A stretch of DNA of 62,912 bases, the filler included, from Craspedostauros australis (lineage: Eukaryota): the NCBI GenBank assembly GCA_030167865.1. It is 9 parts of 9 records of this genome, joined end to end, with 100 filler letters (N's around TTAATTAATTAA, not from the genome) between each part and the next. Parts side by side here need not be neighbours in the genome. Positions count along the whole stretch, not along the records: positions 12,534 to 27,428 come from JALAGF010000782.1; positions 27,529 to 31,391 come from JALAGF010000783.1; positions 31,492 to 33,481 come from JALAGF010000786.1; positions 33,582 to 39,275 come from JALAGF010000787.1; 5 more parts are not named here. One strand, 5' to 3'. Of the stretch, positions 23,413-35,566 are shown piece by piece. The notes under the pieces are model-generated. The model saw only the letters and a list, made by a program, of their open reading frames with translations, had not been told where the DNA came from and did not search any database. The number at the start of each line of letters is the position of its first letter. Position 1 is the first letter of the stretch. The position numbers were made by a program, and so were the translations under genes.

Positions 23413-26400
23413 TTAGTACATGTGCAAGTCGTATGGGCCGATGTAAGTCAAGAGGACAGGGAGGAAGACGAGGCCGTGTCCCATTCCCAACAACACCAAG
23501 GAGATGAGCATGACGAAGAACTGCCAAAACAGCGTCGATGACGACAGTCCCAGGGCACAGAATGCGATGAGTGAGGACGCCCCACCCAGGAGGACGGACC
23601 CGCCAACGTGCTGCAGCACATGGCGCACACGATCCTCTCGTGACGCAACGCTACCATCAGCATTGCGGTTTGGCGCGTTGAGGTAGCCGTGGATGAGATG
23701 GACGTTGAAATCGACAGCTATGGGAATAGATGAAGCGGTGCGTATTGTGCCAGTGCATATGGATACGCGCACCACACAAGCATGAGAGAAAGGCGAACAC
23801 GAGACGAAATGGAACGGAATAGAGTACGTGGAGTACGGATACAGAAGAAGAAACAGGAATTCGTTGTGATGATTGTTTGGACACAAAGACAGAGAGGAGG
23901 GGACCAAAATGTGAGATCTTCGCTGAGTTTGGACGCAGCGGGTTATGCCTTCGTCGCCATTCGTATTTGTCTCGCAGCCCCCTTGCGAAGGAAACACAAA
24001 TCGATACGAAACATCCCGCATTTGCATTCACTTACCGAAGCCAACTGCCATGACCACAAAAATTACCGTCAACGAGTTGAGGGCAAAGCCAGCCCACGGA
24101 ATGACGCCGATGAGGCAGACATCGACCATGGCTGTGACCGTGACGGCGAGGAAAGGGCCAGACGGGTGCGGCAAAGCGAGGCTTGTAACGACCAGAATCG
24201 CAATCAGTCCAGCAACAAGCGTGTAGATCACAACCCTGTCCATGCTCACAAAGTGAGCCCAGATGAGATACCAGCGGGTCGATGTGAACATCTTGTCATC
24301 ACTGCTCTGCTGATTGAGCGGCTGCCGCGCTGCAATTTCGAGCTGCTTGGCGTAGATCCTCTCCTGGTATTTTGGTTCGTTCATAGTGATGTTGTACACG
24401 AATTCTGTTCTCGATGCTTCGATCTCTCCTGTGGTTGGGTTGCGCACCAAGTTGTTGGTGTGCACCCTTCCGTAGGACTCGATGGAGAGAAAGTCGTCCA
24501 AGGCTTCGTTGAATGTGCGACCTGGCATGTCGGCATCGGTCTCGTTGCGGTACGCCAAGAAATCCGTCAGCCAGAACGCGGCTGGAGGTCCAACGACGAA
24601 CGGATGATTGTGCACCATGTCGTCGATGAAGTCGTACATCTGCTTCTGGATGCTGGGGTCGGAGACATCGATGTCGCGGAAGTAGAAGTTGGAAAGACCG
24701 GCCAGAGCCGTCGGGCTGTACATCGGTTCGGCCTCGAGGAACTGATCGGCATAGGATCCCTTCGGGGTGAGCATAGTGTAGTCAAAGAGTTTCTCGATCT
24801 GCGTTGCGCTCCATACTGCCATCGCAAAGAGAACTGCGAATCCCATCAGCACTAGCACCTTCGTGATGGGGTGCAGGAGGATCTCGATGTACGTGTCGAT
24901 GACCTGATTGGTCCATGGCTGCTCGGCCACGTCGACATCGGGATCGGTGTTACGATTTTCTGGCTCGCGGCTCGGCCGAAGTGCCCGCGAAACAGCGTCC
25001 TTCACGTCGCCGAAATCCTGATTGACGGCCATCCTGAGACGGGACCTGCGGCCGAGCGGCTGGCGGTCTCCATGCAAATCGCCAAGGCCTTGGTCCATTC
25101 TGTTCCATTCCTCCTTCGCCGATACGCTATTGGCTGAGGAGTGTAAATTGTTGTCCTCGTCGCTTTCCGACGAGGCAGCGAAGTTGGATACACCTGTTGC
25201 AGATGTTTCTCCATGCCGTGCCACATCGTCGGGACGGTGCTTGACGCAGAAGAGGCAATCGTAGCGACGATTCAAGATACGGCGGTGGTTCAAGGACACC
25301 AAGGCCATGAAGAAGGTGATCTGGTACACGAAGTCCACGAAGATGGTGATGGCTGCGTAGATGCACATCCAGCGGATCGCTGGGATGTCGCACAGCGCGC
25401 CGATACCGAATGCGGCAACGTTCGTCATGGTGGTGGTGAGTATGGTCATTCCGGTCGCCGTGATGATCTCCTCGACCAGACCTTCCATCGAGACGTTCTT
25501 GCTTTCGCCGTACGTCATCTCGTTGAGCTGGCGCTCGTAGGCACCCCAAATGATGAAGGCATCGTCCAGACCGATGCCGAAGATGATGATGGGCAGGGCC
25601 AGGGTCAGCGAGGTGAATGGGAGCTGGAAGAGACTGCTGATGCCGTAGCCTGCCATGATGCTGAGCATGATGGTGATCATGGCTCCCAGGCCAAGGATGC
25701 CGCTGGAATGGACGAAGCGGGACTGTTCGACCTTGTGCTTTCCGAAGCGGGTGAAGATGAGTGTTGAGATGATGCCCATCAGGACGAACGTGCCGCCAGC
25801 CAGAGGAACATCCTTCAGCATGCCCTCCGTCACCGCCATCGTGATGGTCGTGGTCGTGATCGTCTCGCAACGGTAAACGTGGCCTTCGGAGCCTGCTTGT
25901 TGAGCCGTGACATCGGCACCAGTCTTCACCCAATGCCTGTCGAGGGCTTCGGCCTCATCTGTTATCTCCGCGTCGAGATTCATGTACTTTTCTTCCTCTA
26001 GCACATAAGGCACGAACAACTCGATTTTGTATGCATTGAGGAAGGACAAGGATGATTGGGCCTGCTTCTCGGCTTCTTCGTTGCTTGCTGTAGAAGCATG
26101 AACCGGTGACGGCGAGAAGATCCGGATTTGTGGCACACGCCAACCATCGGGGAAGTACTCTTGAGAGATTGTGTCGGAGAGATCCTGGTTGATCAAATTC
26201 ATCACGTACGCATCCGCGCCTTCGCTACCAGCATTGCTTTTGTCAATCGAGGCGGCCACGGACTCGATGTACTCCTCAAAGGCGGCCCTGTTGTCTGGGA
26301 GTCCCCAGAATCTGGTGACTCCAACGAAGATACAGAAATCTTGGTCACCGGAAGCAAGAGTGGTGTTCGCATCGCCAGTTTCTCCGATGTTCTCGTCCAC

Positions 26401-27222
26401 GTTCGCAGATGATGGATTATCCAACATGTACTGGCGAGGTATGTCGATGCACATCGCGCGATAGCCATCAGTGCGTTGGATCGCTTGGATAGCGTCGTAG
26501 ACATGGTTGATGCCATTGACCGAAAGGATGTTGTCGTCGGGGCTGTCCGTGTGGATGATCATGGAGGTAATGCGTCTCTTGGGGAAGGACGACGCAGCGC
26601 CAAACTGCTGCCTGTCCACCCATTCGCTGTCGCGCCTCGCCGGGCCGTTACGCGGCGCCCAGAGGGACATTCCATCGTTATCGACGTAGAAGGATCCCGT
26701 GAGAACGGAGATGCAAGGGATTGCGATGCTGATGATCGTGAGGAAGGCAATGCAGCAGATCGCGTTGTTGGTGGCCGCCAGAGCAAGCGGAATGATCACC
26801 TTGCGCATGATAACTCCATCGACTTTCATGATCCCGCGGGAATAGCGGTAGGCCATGGTGAGTTGTTTCACAGATCGGCGAACCAACGATTCGCGTCGTG
26901 GTCGGGCGCTGATGGGTGCAGAGCCATCCTCTTCTGCCATATCCCTTGGCGACAACGAGCGGCTCGACCTGAAGCTCCAACGCCACGAGGAGCTGGATCT
27001 CATGTCTTGGCGTCGACACTCGATTTCTCCACCTGTCTCTTCGTCACCGCCGTCGATCAGGTCCGCGCCGGCGAAGCAGACCTTGGCCTGGGCCTGGGCG
27101 TCAGTTTTTTGGTTGGACGACGCATCCGAAACACAGCTGTTGCTGCCGGAGCCTTCGAGGCTGGCTGTGCCGGTCTTGGCATCCGCTGTGGAGGCAGAAG
27201 GGATGGACGCTTTGTCTGGCAT
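23413..27222 (-). CDS. Patched/NPC1-like sterol-sensing-domain RND protein; exons 27222-24036 and 23717-23413
   Basis: Sterol-sensing motifs PIIIFGIGLDDAFII, TTMTNVAAFGIGA, IPAIRWMC, DFVYQITFF. Second half MAVGF|AVDFNVH and GMGHGLVFLPVLL joined by phase-1 intron 24035-23718 (GTAAGT...CATAG). Confidence 0.9.
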
Positions 27223-27528
27223 GGTGAGGGCTTAGGGTTCGTGCTGTTTTGGAGTATTGTGAAGTAGTATGCATGCACTGGTATGAGTATGGCACTGATA
27301 CTACGATCTGTGTCGACGTTTGGCAGATTGCTTCGAGTGTTGGAGGGTCCGGAATGTGCGAGAGCCAGTGTGGTACGGTGGATGATGGCGAATTGGTTGA
27401 CAGTACGAGTACTATGTGTCTGTAGAATNNNNNNNNNNNNNNNNNNNNNNNNNNNNNNNNNNNNNNNNNNNNTTAATTAATTAANNNNNNNNNNNNNNNN
27501 NNNNNNNNNNNNNNNNNNNNNNNNNNNN

Positions 27529-29226
27529 TGGCCGAGCATTCGATGCAAGTTCACCGCGCTGATCTCCTTGGATGGGTTCTTGACGATGGCTGTGCAAGCC
27601 TTGTCGTCGTTCATTGGCATGATGGGATGCATCTGCACTCCCGTGATGAATCCGTTGGCTGTGGGGAAGACTCGGTCGAATACGATCTTCGTTCCGGATC
27701 CGTTGATGATGTCCATCAGNNNNNNNNNNNNNNNNNNNNNNNNNNNGTTGTACAGAGCCTTGTTCGTGGAGAAAAGGTTCACCGCCATTTTCGGTGTGTA
27801 CTTCACGTCATCGAGCCGGATGATGTGGCCAGTGTTGTTTTGTTGCTTGACCTTCAAGCGAATGGAACCCATTTTGGGAGAGTCCAGCTTCGTACTGTCT
27901 CCCACTTGGACGAAGGACTTGATATGCCGCACGTTGAAGAGGGCCGTGTCTGAATTGACGATGTGACACGAAGCTCCGCTGTCAGCGAGCCAGGTGTCCT
28001 TGTTGACCTTGTCCTTGTATCTGGTGCTCAGCTCGTGGAGCTGATCTACGGCTGCTGCAGCTATCTCGTCGTCAAAGCTGTCATCGTCGTCGTCTTCGTG
28101 AGCTCCATCTTTGTTGTATGGATTGTGGTGATTCTCATCATTCATGTCGTCGGGTAGTTGTGCATAGTCCGATGGAACTGTGCTGTTTCGATGAGTTCTG
28201 GTGACTGGATCGAAAGGTGTTACTCGTGGTCGCTCACGCAGTAGCACGCACATACACCCTCCAAGGATGTAATGCAGATCCGTCTCTGGGATCGTTTCTG
28301 TGTCTTCTGCTTCCAACAGTCGATTGATGATGACTGAGTTGGCGAGAATCTCTTCAATGGATCTGAAGTTCACAGACAGAATGGATCCCATCATGTTCAC
28401 CCATATTGGCATGAATGCTCCTTCTGGAGTTCCTGAGAACATCTCCACTCCCGCTGCCATCACAGCGTCGAAAATCAGTTGCTTTTGAATCGTCAATGCT
28501 GTGGCCGCTCCGTAGGGGATTGTGTCATGTTGATGGATTTGACTCGACCTGTTGGGATTCCCGACTGGTGGGAATTGGATCCCTGTCGGATAGACGACAC
28601 GCTCGTTCGGATTGAAACTGTCGTCTGGGTGATTTTCTGTTTCATCACTATCGTCTTCATCGAAGATACCCGATCTGTTATTCCCTGCCGCTGGAGCGGG
28701 CGGCGCCGCGCCGCCATTCGTTTCATCTCGGCCTCTGTCATTCTCGTTGGGTTCGTCGCCATCTTCTTCACTCATGGCCTCCTTGATGTCGCTATCGATG
28801 GCCTCGTTGCCCATCTCAGCTCTGTCGCCGTATGGACCGATCAGGTCGTTCGCGTTGAAGCAGCATTCGTAGCTCACTTCGCGTCTTGGATCCACCTCGT
28901 GGATGATGGGCTCTTCGCTGAGCCACTCCGGGACGATCTCATCGTCCTCCACTTCGTTGTCACTCCCGATGTACTCGAAGTTATCGAAGAAGGAGTCTTT
29001 GATGTAGTTGTTGGACACCAACATGCAGAGCGGCATGTCCTTCGCCGAGAGTACCATCTCGTGTCCGCTCTTGTCGTGTCCTTCCGTTGCTGTGTTGGCC
29101 TGCTCGTCGGCCTTCTTCTTCTTGTTGAACTTTTTCTTTCGGCACTCCGCCTCGCGATGTCCGAAGATGCCGCAGTAGTTGCACTTGCCGTTGAAGCCGC
29201 TTCCCTTGTTGCGCTTTCCGTTCATT

Positions 29227-29258
<32 letters not shown>

Positions 29259-30503
29259 GCTGTTGTTGTTTTTCTTGTTGTTTGATTTCTTGCGTTCTGG
29301 GCAATCGGCGGATCTGTGACCATACACACCACAGTTGTGGCAGGTCCCCTTGAAGTTATCGGTGCTCGTGAAGCCGGTGTCGTTACTCTTCGTGTTACTG
29401 TCTTGGAAGTCGTCGATGTACGCCTTGCCTCCTTGATGAGTGGCGTATGCAGTGCGGAGCACTCCTCTGATTGCGTTGATGGTAACCAGTTCCGGATTAA
29501 ACGTGAGTTGGTGTTGGAAGTTCACGATGTGAGTTCTGTATTCCACGCTCACCGTGCTGAGGATCTGCATGATCATCTCTTCGTCTGTGATCGTGTACTT
29601 GACATCGTGGAGACGCGAGCGTAGGCCCTCGAGTCGCGTGATGTAGATGTCAGGGTCCGAGTCTCTCTTCATCTTTTCGTTGTTGAATTGGCGCTTGAGT
29701 TTGATCTTCGTTGCTGCATCGGATGGACGGAACTTCCCTGCGAGAACATTCCACGCTGCATGTGGATCTCCTTCGGGATAATCGTCGGAGACGCATTGGT
29801 TGATGTACTGGATGGCCTGCTTGCCTTTTCCTTTCTCCGCATCCATCATGAGGATCAGATTGCTGAAGCAGTCGCATCCCAGTTCGTAGATTTCCTTCAT
29901 CGCTTCCTTGGCATCGTCGACGGCTGCCTCGATCTCACTCACTGTTGGGATCTTCGTCTTGCCCAACATCACATCTCTCGTCTTCTGTGTACGAGCATAT
30001 GCCTTTGCTTGGGACTCCCATGTGCTATAATCCTCTTGTTCACCACTGAATATCGGCGCCTTGATGCGTCGCTTGTTCGTGTTGGCTGGTGTCACCATGT
30101 TGATTCGTTGTTTCGTTGTTGGTGCGCTCGCGCCCTTGATTTCCGTTTGTTTCTGTGTTGTCACTTTTTCGATTTTTGCTTGTTGTTGCGCGGAGATTGT
30201 TTTCGTCACAAATTCTCCTCCTGGTAGTGTCTCACTTTTCCCACTCTGTTTGGCTGTGCGAATGCTCTCCGTCACACCAGTCTCCTCTTGCTTGATCGCC
30301 TTGAGGATCCTCTCCTTCTCGTGATGTAGTCTTGCAGACCGTTCTTCTTCGGTCTTGTCGATTGCGCTTGCCTCTGCGCCTGATAGGACAGTAGCCGCGG
30401 CTACTTCCTTCTGCTCTTGAAGTTGAGTCTCACTCGCACCTTCTTCTTGCTTGATAGCCAGTTGGGACAGAGGGATGTCTTTCAATTCCTCTTCCTTGCT
30501 CAT
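27529..30503 (-). mobile_element. Ty1/Copia (CoDi-type) retrotransposon gag-protease to start of integrase, truncated by a gap
   Basis: Gag FSG...YSTW and DPDIYITRLEGLR; two CCHC knuckles (CHNCGVYGHRSADC, CNYCGIFGHREAEC); protease WLADSGASCHI; DVKYTP...NLFS; pre-integrase LHRMLGH. Confidence 0.93.
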
Positions 30504-30612
30504 TCAGCCTGCTGCTCTTGAATGATGTTGTCTTCCTTGCACGATCCAATCCGCAGGTTTGCCCTGATCTATCGTTTATAAAAGTATTGGCAAGTTCCGT
30601 GAACGGATACCT

Positions 30613-31149
30613 TGCGATCGTGGAAGATGGTGTTGTTGTTTGGTGCTGATTCTCTCTGCTATTTCATTATGCTGCTACTCCAATCCGCTTGGTGTACTCT
30701 GTTGCTTCGACTGATGCTCTTGGCACATCTGTTCGATGGTCTGACTATGAGTCGGTACACAAGATACTCTCTTACTCTTGCTTGTGTTCTCTCTCTCTCT
30801 CTCTCTTGGTATTGCGTGTTCACACCATGCAATATTCTGTATTCGATGCATACTCCGCATTTCGTTATCTACAAGCTCACTACTCCATGAGTAATTGTCA
30901 ATGCACCCACACTGTATTCCTCCTTGCATACTTATGATCTTGATGTCCCTTGGTCATTGAATCTTTGCCTTCTTGATCTGATGTGGAGACAGATGCCAAT
31001 GTGGTGACACAATGACATCTTGTTGATGTCAGCTGTCAGATTCCAAGGTCCTTGTCATTCCACATTCCATTGATGATGCAATGGGTCAGCAAGGGTATCG
31101 TCATTTGAGGTTTAGTTGGGAAGTATATCAAGCCTGACTTGATATCACA
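30613..31149 (-). repeat. Candidate 5' LTR (~537 bp) of the Copia element
   Basis: On the minus strand it begins TGTGAT and ends ATCGCA (imperfect terminal inverted repeat, TG...CA), followed by PBS-like AGGTATCCG about 100 nt before the gag ATG. No 3' LTR is available for confirmation. Confidence 0.45.
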
Positions 31150-32059
31150 TGTTTTGTTGATGGATGGACAGACGATGTTCCTCATAATCTCAGAAATCCG
31201 TGCTTACAGATTTCCTCCAGAAATTCAGTTCGTTTTCGTGTGTTCCATTTCATGATGTGATGTTGGCAAATCACAGTTCACTATTGACACGAATGTAGTT
31301 GTACCATCTGTACATGAGTAAAAAGAAAACGGGTGAACGATGCACATACACGAATGTACATCTCGACACAGGTGTCAATGATATCTCTACANNNNNNNNN
31401 NNNNNNNNNNNNNNNNNNNNNNNNNNNNNNNNNNNTTAATTAATTAANNNNNNNNNNNNNNNNNNNNNNNNNNNNNNNNNNNNNNNNNNNNGTTATTTTT
31501 GTGTCGTGAATGGTGTGCGTCGTGGAGCCATCGCGTTGTGTTGTGCCGCTCTGGTCGGAAAAATTCCAGCCAAACCACACACAAAAAACGCTCCAAGGCC
31601 TCAACTGCATCGATCGGAGCGCCAGCACAATCGGTGTGTGTCGCACAAACCAATCGAATGGCAAAGGCTCCTCTTTGTTGGTACCGCACTCGTACATCTG
31701 TACCACATCGTGCCATGCCAGTATTCCACTTTCTCTTCATCACACATGTGCAACCCTCGCGATCGTTGCTGCCATCAAGTCCAAGCGTCTGTACTCGTCA
31801 CTGGAGCACCAACGATGCATCCTCTGATCATTCATCTCTGCTCGTGCCCTGCCGACGGCGCTGCCACTAGCACAATCGTCATGTATTGGTAGAGTAGAGT
31901 AGAGTAGAGTAGAGTAGAGCAGAGCGCAACGAATCCACACCATACAATGCTCGTATGCTATACTATGCTGTGATGTGATGTGCCAGTGCAGCTCCTATAA
32001 TACGATACATACGACTATGTATTATGCCCATTGTATCCACTGTGCCTTTCTTGTGTAAT

Positions 32060-33481
32060 CTACCTATTCCACCACAGTTCGGAGGCATCCAGATGACGAA
32101 CGTTAGTGATCTTCGTGCAAATCATGATGTTGCGCTTGGTATCGTACGCGGTGTGATAGCTGGGTGACAGCCAGCTGACATCGACCTCGTCAAATCCACA
32201 TTCGATGAACCATTCCGTCGTCTGCGTGCTGAGAACGAAGACGCAGGACGCCCCCTTCTGCAGACACAGACATTCCATGTAGCCAAGCATGGCATCACCA
32301 AGTCCTTGCGCGCATTAGCTGCGATCCACGACGAGGCACGCGATCTTAGCGAACCTGTTCTCCAACATCTTGAGCTGCCCAAACACCACGACGAGGTCAT
32401 TGCGCGTGTAGACGTGGTATGAGGATAACATTTTTCTAACATGGCCTTTGGCCGATCCACTAGCGTTCCCATCTGGATGAGCGGTGTGATGAGCTCATGG
32501 ATGGCACTGATGTCCTCGATCTTGGCCTGGCGGATATTGTTGTAGAGTTCGCGAGAGAGCATGGTGCCGCTGCTGTCTTGTGTGCACAGCTCCTGCAGCA
32601 ACGCCCCATGCCGTGGTGAGATGATGTGCGCACGTCAGACGCCCTGCTCAAGTGCATACATTGCCCAGCCGATCTTGATGAGCTTGTTGCGCTTGGCGCT
32701 TTCCTGGGGACAGCTCTCGCCTAAGGTGACGAGACCGCGCTTGTGGACGTCGACAGTGCGGTGTCGCAGCAGGTTGTGGGCGTCCTTGACGCGCAGATGA
32801 TGGATCTGCTTGCCATGGACATTGTGCCACAGCTGCACGTTGCCTTCTGTGAAGTAGATGATCTTGCTCGCATCCATGGCACCTGCGACCGAGCCTGCCA
32901 ACTTTTGGAATTGGCATTGAAGACTTCATTGCTGGGGCTGATACCCCATGTTGTGAGCAGGACGATATCGCAGGAGTTGTGAACCAGGCAGATCTTCTCG
33001 ATGTCGATGCGGCGCGCAAATCCTGTGGATATAGAATCGACACCATCAAGGATGTTCAATGGCTGCGCCGTGTTGATAGGATCCATTTGGTGGGGACTGC
33101 TGGTGCCGGTGCTGGTAATTGCCATTGCCATTCGATTGATATTCCGAATCGAAATGCGCGGTCTGCTTCGACAATGGCATGTGCAAGTCGTTGGCATCCT
33201 GCATGCGCAATGATCGTGCCAGATGACGTTCGATCTTGTATCGGATATATCCCACCACCTCCTTGACGACGCGCAACGCATCACGGTCTGTGACCGCCAC
33301 GCCACGATGCCAATCCTGCCCCGCGATATGTTGCTGCAGCTGGTAACAGCATCCTGTGACGATGATGATCTTGAGGCTCAGCAACCATGACAACACGATG
33401 TCGTTCATGAGGTCCTGCAGGAAGTTGGCATCCTGACCCTCCATGAGATCGCCCAGATTGTGGAAGACAACCAGGGTGTTG
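32060..33481 (-). pseudogene. argA: N-acetylglutamate synthase / amino-acid N-acetyltransferase (ArgA-type, kinase-like + GNAT domains) pseudogene, 5' truncated by a gap
   Basis: LDGVD..TG..RRID, ASKIIYFT, GV*RAHII, GALLQEL..DSSGT, IRQA..EDI..I.ELITPL...GTLV.R, FVLSTQT.EWF motifs. Stops at 32635-32637 and 32315-32317; frameshifts near 32430, 32905 and 33080. Confidence 0.88.
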
Positions 33482-33647
33482 NNNNNNNNNNNNNNNNNNN
33501 NNNNNNNNNNNNNNNNNNNNNNNNNTTAATTAATTAANNNNNNNNNNNNNNNNNNNNNNNNNNNNNNNNNNNNNNNNNNNNACTCACAAATAAACATCAA
33601 GAGCTCCGACCAGGGCACGAAACAACGGGCCAATACGTCTTTCGTAG

Positions 33648-34079
33648 TTACTTGCACTGTTTGACTTGATCGACGACTACGACTTTGATCCGAATCGTCT
33701 TTACAACGGTCTCGGCGTCAATGATTGGAAGAACGCCAACTACGACCTCACGACGGACTCGGAATCGGTCGTGCCGGTGTGTTCGAAACATGCCTATCCG
33801 ACGACTGATATGACGGACGATGCCGTGTGTTCGCGCGTGACTGCACCTGGCAATGCGACGATGGCGCCGACTACATTGTCCAGTGAAGGACCCACGCAAG
33901 CGCCGGATGATTTCAATGTGACATCGCGGTGCGCTGGTGCGGGACGCAAGTTGCAGGCTGGTCAATCGCGGTGCAATCCAGATGCGGATAGTGACAGCAA
34001 TGATGGATCGGACGCGACACGCATGGTGACATCGTGGTTGTTTGCGGTGATGGCCTCATTCGTTGTTCTTGGAATGTAG
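33648..34079 (+). CDS. 3' fragment of a secreted, probably GPI-anchored protein
   Basis: PT-rich linker, RKL motif, and a small-residue site (GSDA) followed by the terminal hydrophobic tail WLFAVMASFVVLGM. 5' part lost in the gap. Confidence 0.5.
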   Translation, partial: LLALFDLIDDYDFDPNRLYNGLGVNDWKNANYDLTTDSESVVPVCSKHAYPTTDMTDDAVCSRVTAPGNATMAPTTLSSEGPTQAPDDFNVTSRCAGAGRKLQAGQSRCNPDADSDSNDGSDATRMVTSWLFAVMASFVVLGM

Positions 34080-34423
34080 CTCGTCAAGTACTCAACAACG
34101 TGCGAACGAACAAAGGAATGGATAGTTTACGGAAGCAATGTTGGGTTGAGTGTATTGAACTGAAGATAGTACTCTAGTATAGTTTTAAGTGTAACGTAAC
34201 CTTGGTTGGCATGCCAGTTCGTTGGCACTGATTATGTGATTGTTACTGTTGCTGTTGAGGGTCTCGAGTCATGCTGATAACGGCGCTGCGGTTCTCCTTG
34301 CTGCTGCCGTTGCTCAACCATGATTGATGTATCCAACTCCTCGTTGCGTGATCTTAACGTTGCAATTGGAGTAGATTGGAATGCCTCGCCCTGGATGATC
34401 CAGTCATCCAAGCACAACTATGC

Positions 34424-34894
34424 TCATCGCGCCTTATGCGCCGCGATGACACGCTCAGCGCGGCTCAAGAAGTTGTTCTTCTCCGCAGTCGTCACGATGC
34501 CATTGCCGACATGCTCGCAGATGATCTCGTCGATCTTGCGACACACCGCATAGTCTTGGTCGGCGCGCACCGACGCTTTACTCATCACCGAGCTGTTGCT
34601 GAACTGCATCGCCGAGATGCTGGTAACCTTCATCGGACTCTGCTTCGCAGACTTGCGCGCGCGGCGTTGCTCCAGTTTCACCCAACGTTGATCCAACGTG
34701 CAGCTGGAGAGGCGCACCGTGGCGACTTCGTGGCACGTGTCGTTGCGCAAGAAGCGGATATCCAGGCTCTTGCCTCCGCCGCCAGGATGGCGCAGCACGA
34801 TGGCGGGGCGCATCTGAAAGCGGCTGGAGTTGACGATCACTTGGGCGCCGATGGGGAAGTCGGCTTGGGTTGGGTGTTGGGTGCGGTAAGACAT
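34424..34894 (-). CDS. Hypothetical basic protein (156 aa), possible N-terminal SH3/Tudor-like barrel
   Basis: ATG in GCCATG context after an A/C-rich leader; GC3-rich codons; FPIGAQVIV...AIVLRH...LDIRF pattern. Confidence 0.5.
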   Translation of the reverse strand: MSYRTQHPTQADFPIGAQVIVNSSRFQMRPAIVLRHPGGGGKSLDIRFLRNDTCHEVATVRLSSCTLDQRWVKLEQRRARKSAKQSPMKVTSISAMQFSNSSVMSKASVRADQDYAVCRKIDEIICEHVGNGIVTTAEKNNFLSRAERVIAAHKAR

Positions 34895-35566
34895 GGCGGT
34901 TTGCGTGTGTACGTATTATATGTGTGTGTGTGTGTTTGTTTGTTGAACTGGTTGGCTTCTAAAGTCAAGTGAATTGGAAATTGTGAGCAACACATCACTC
35001 TGCCAACTTTGTTTGGTTCACTTCATTTCATCGCAATCTGTCGTAATCTGTCGCAGTCTATCGAATTCTGTCAACATGTTCATGATCGCTCTTCGGTCCT
35101 GCATTCCATTGTTACGCCCATCGCTCATCTCAGCAACATGTGATCAGAGTCGACATCCATCAACCCTACTAAGATCGCGTTGACCACGACGTTGCAGGAT
35201 GATCATCTTTGTGGGTTTGGTGACAAGCAGACCTGGATCGCCAATGAGGTTCTGCATCCGACAACAACAACAGCAACGACGGAGACGACACGACATGTTT
35301 TCGCCGAAACCGGAGAACTTTGCGTCAAATACGTGACTGAATAATTACACAAGACTGAATCTGGAAGTAACCATGTCGTGGTATCATGCTGAGAACAACG
35401 ATACTACTCCATTGTGTTTGAAAATCGCCAAAAAAAACGGCTGGATTGATGTTGTTGACAACGTGCGCAGGAATGCACCTGCACAAGTCGCAATGGCCCC
35501 ATTGAGAGATTCCATAAAAGTATCTCCTCCATCCCCATTCTGCTTACAAGCAACGGCATCATCACC

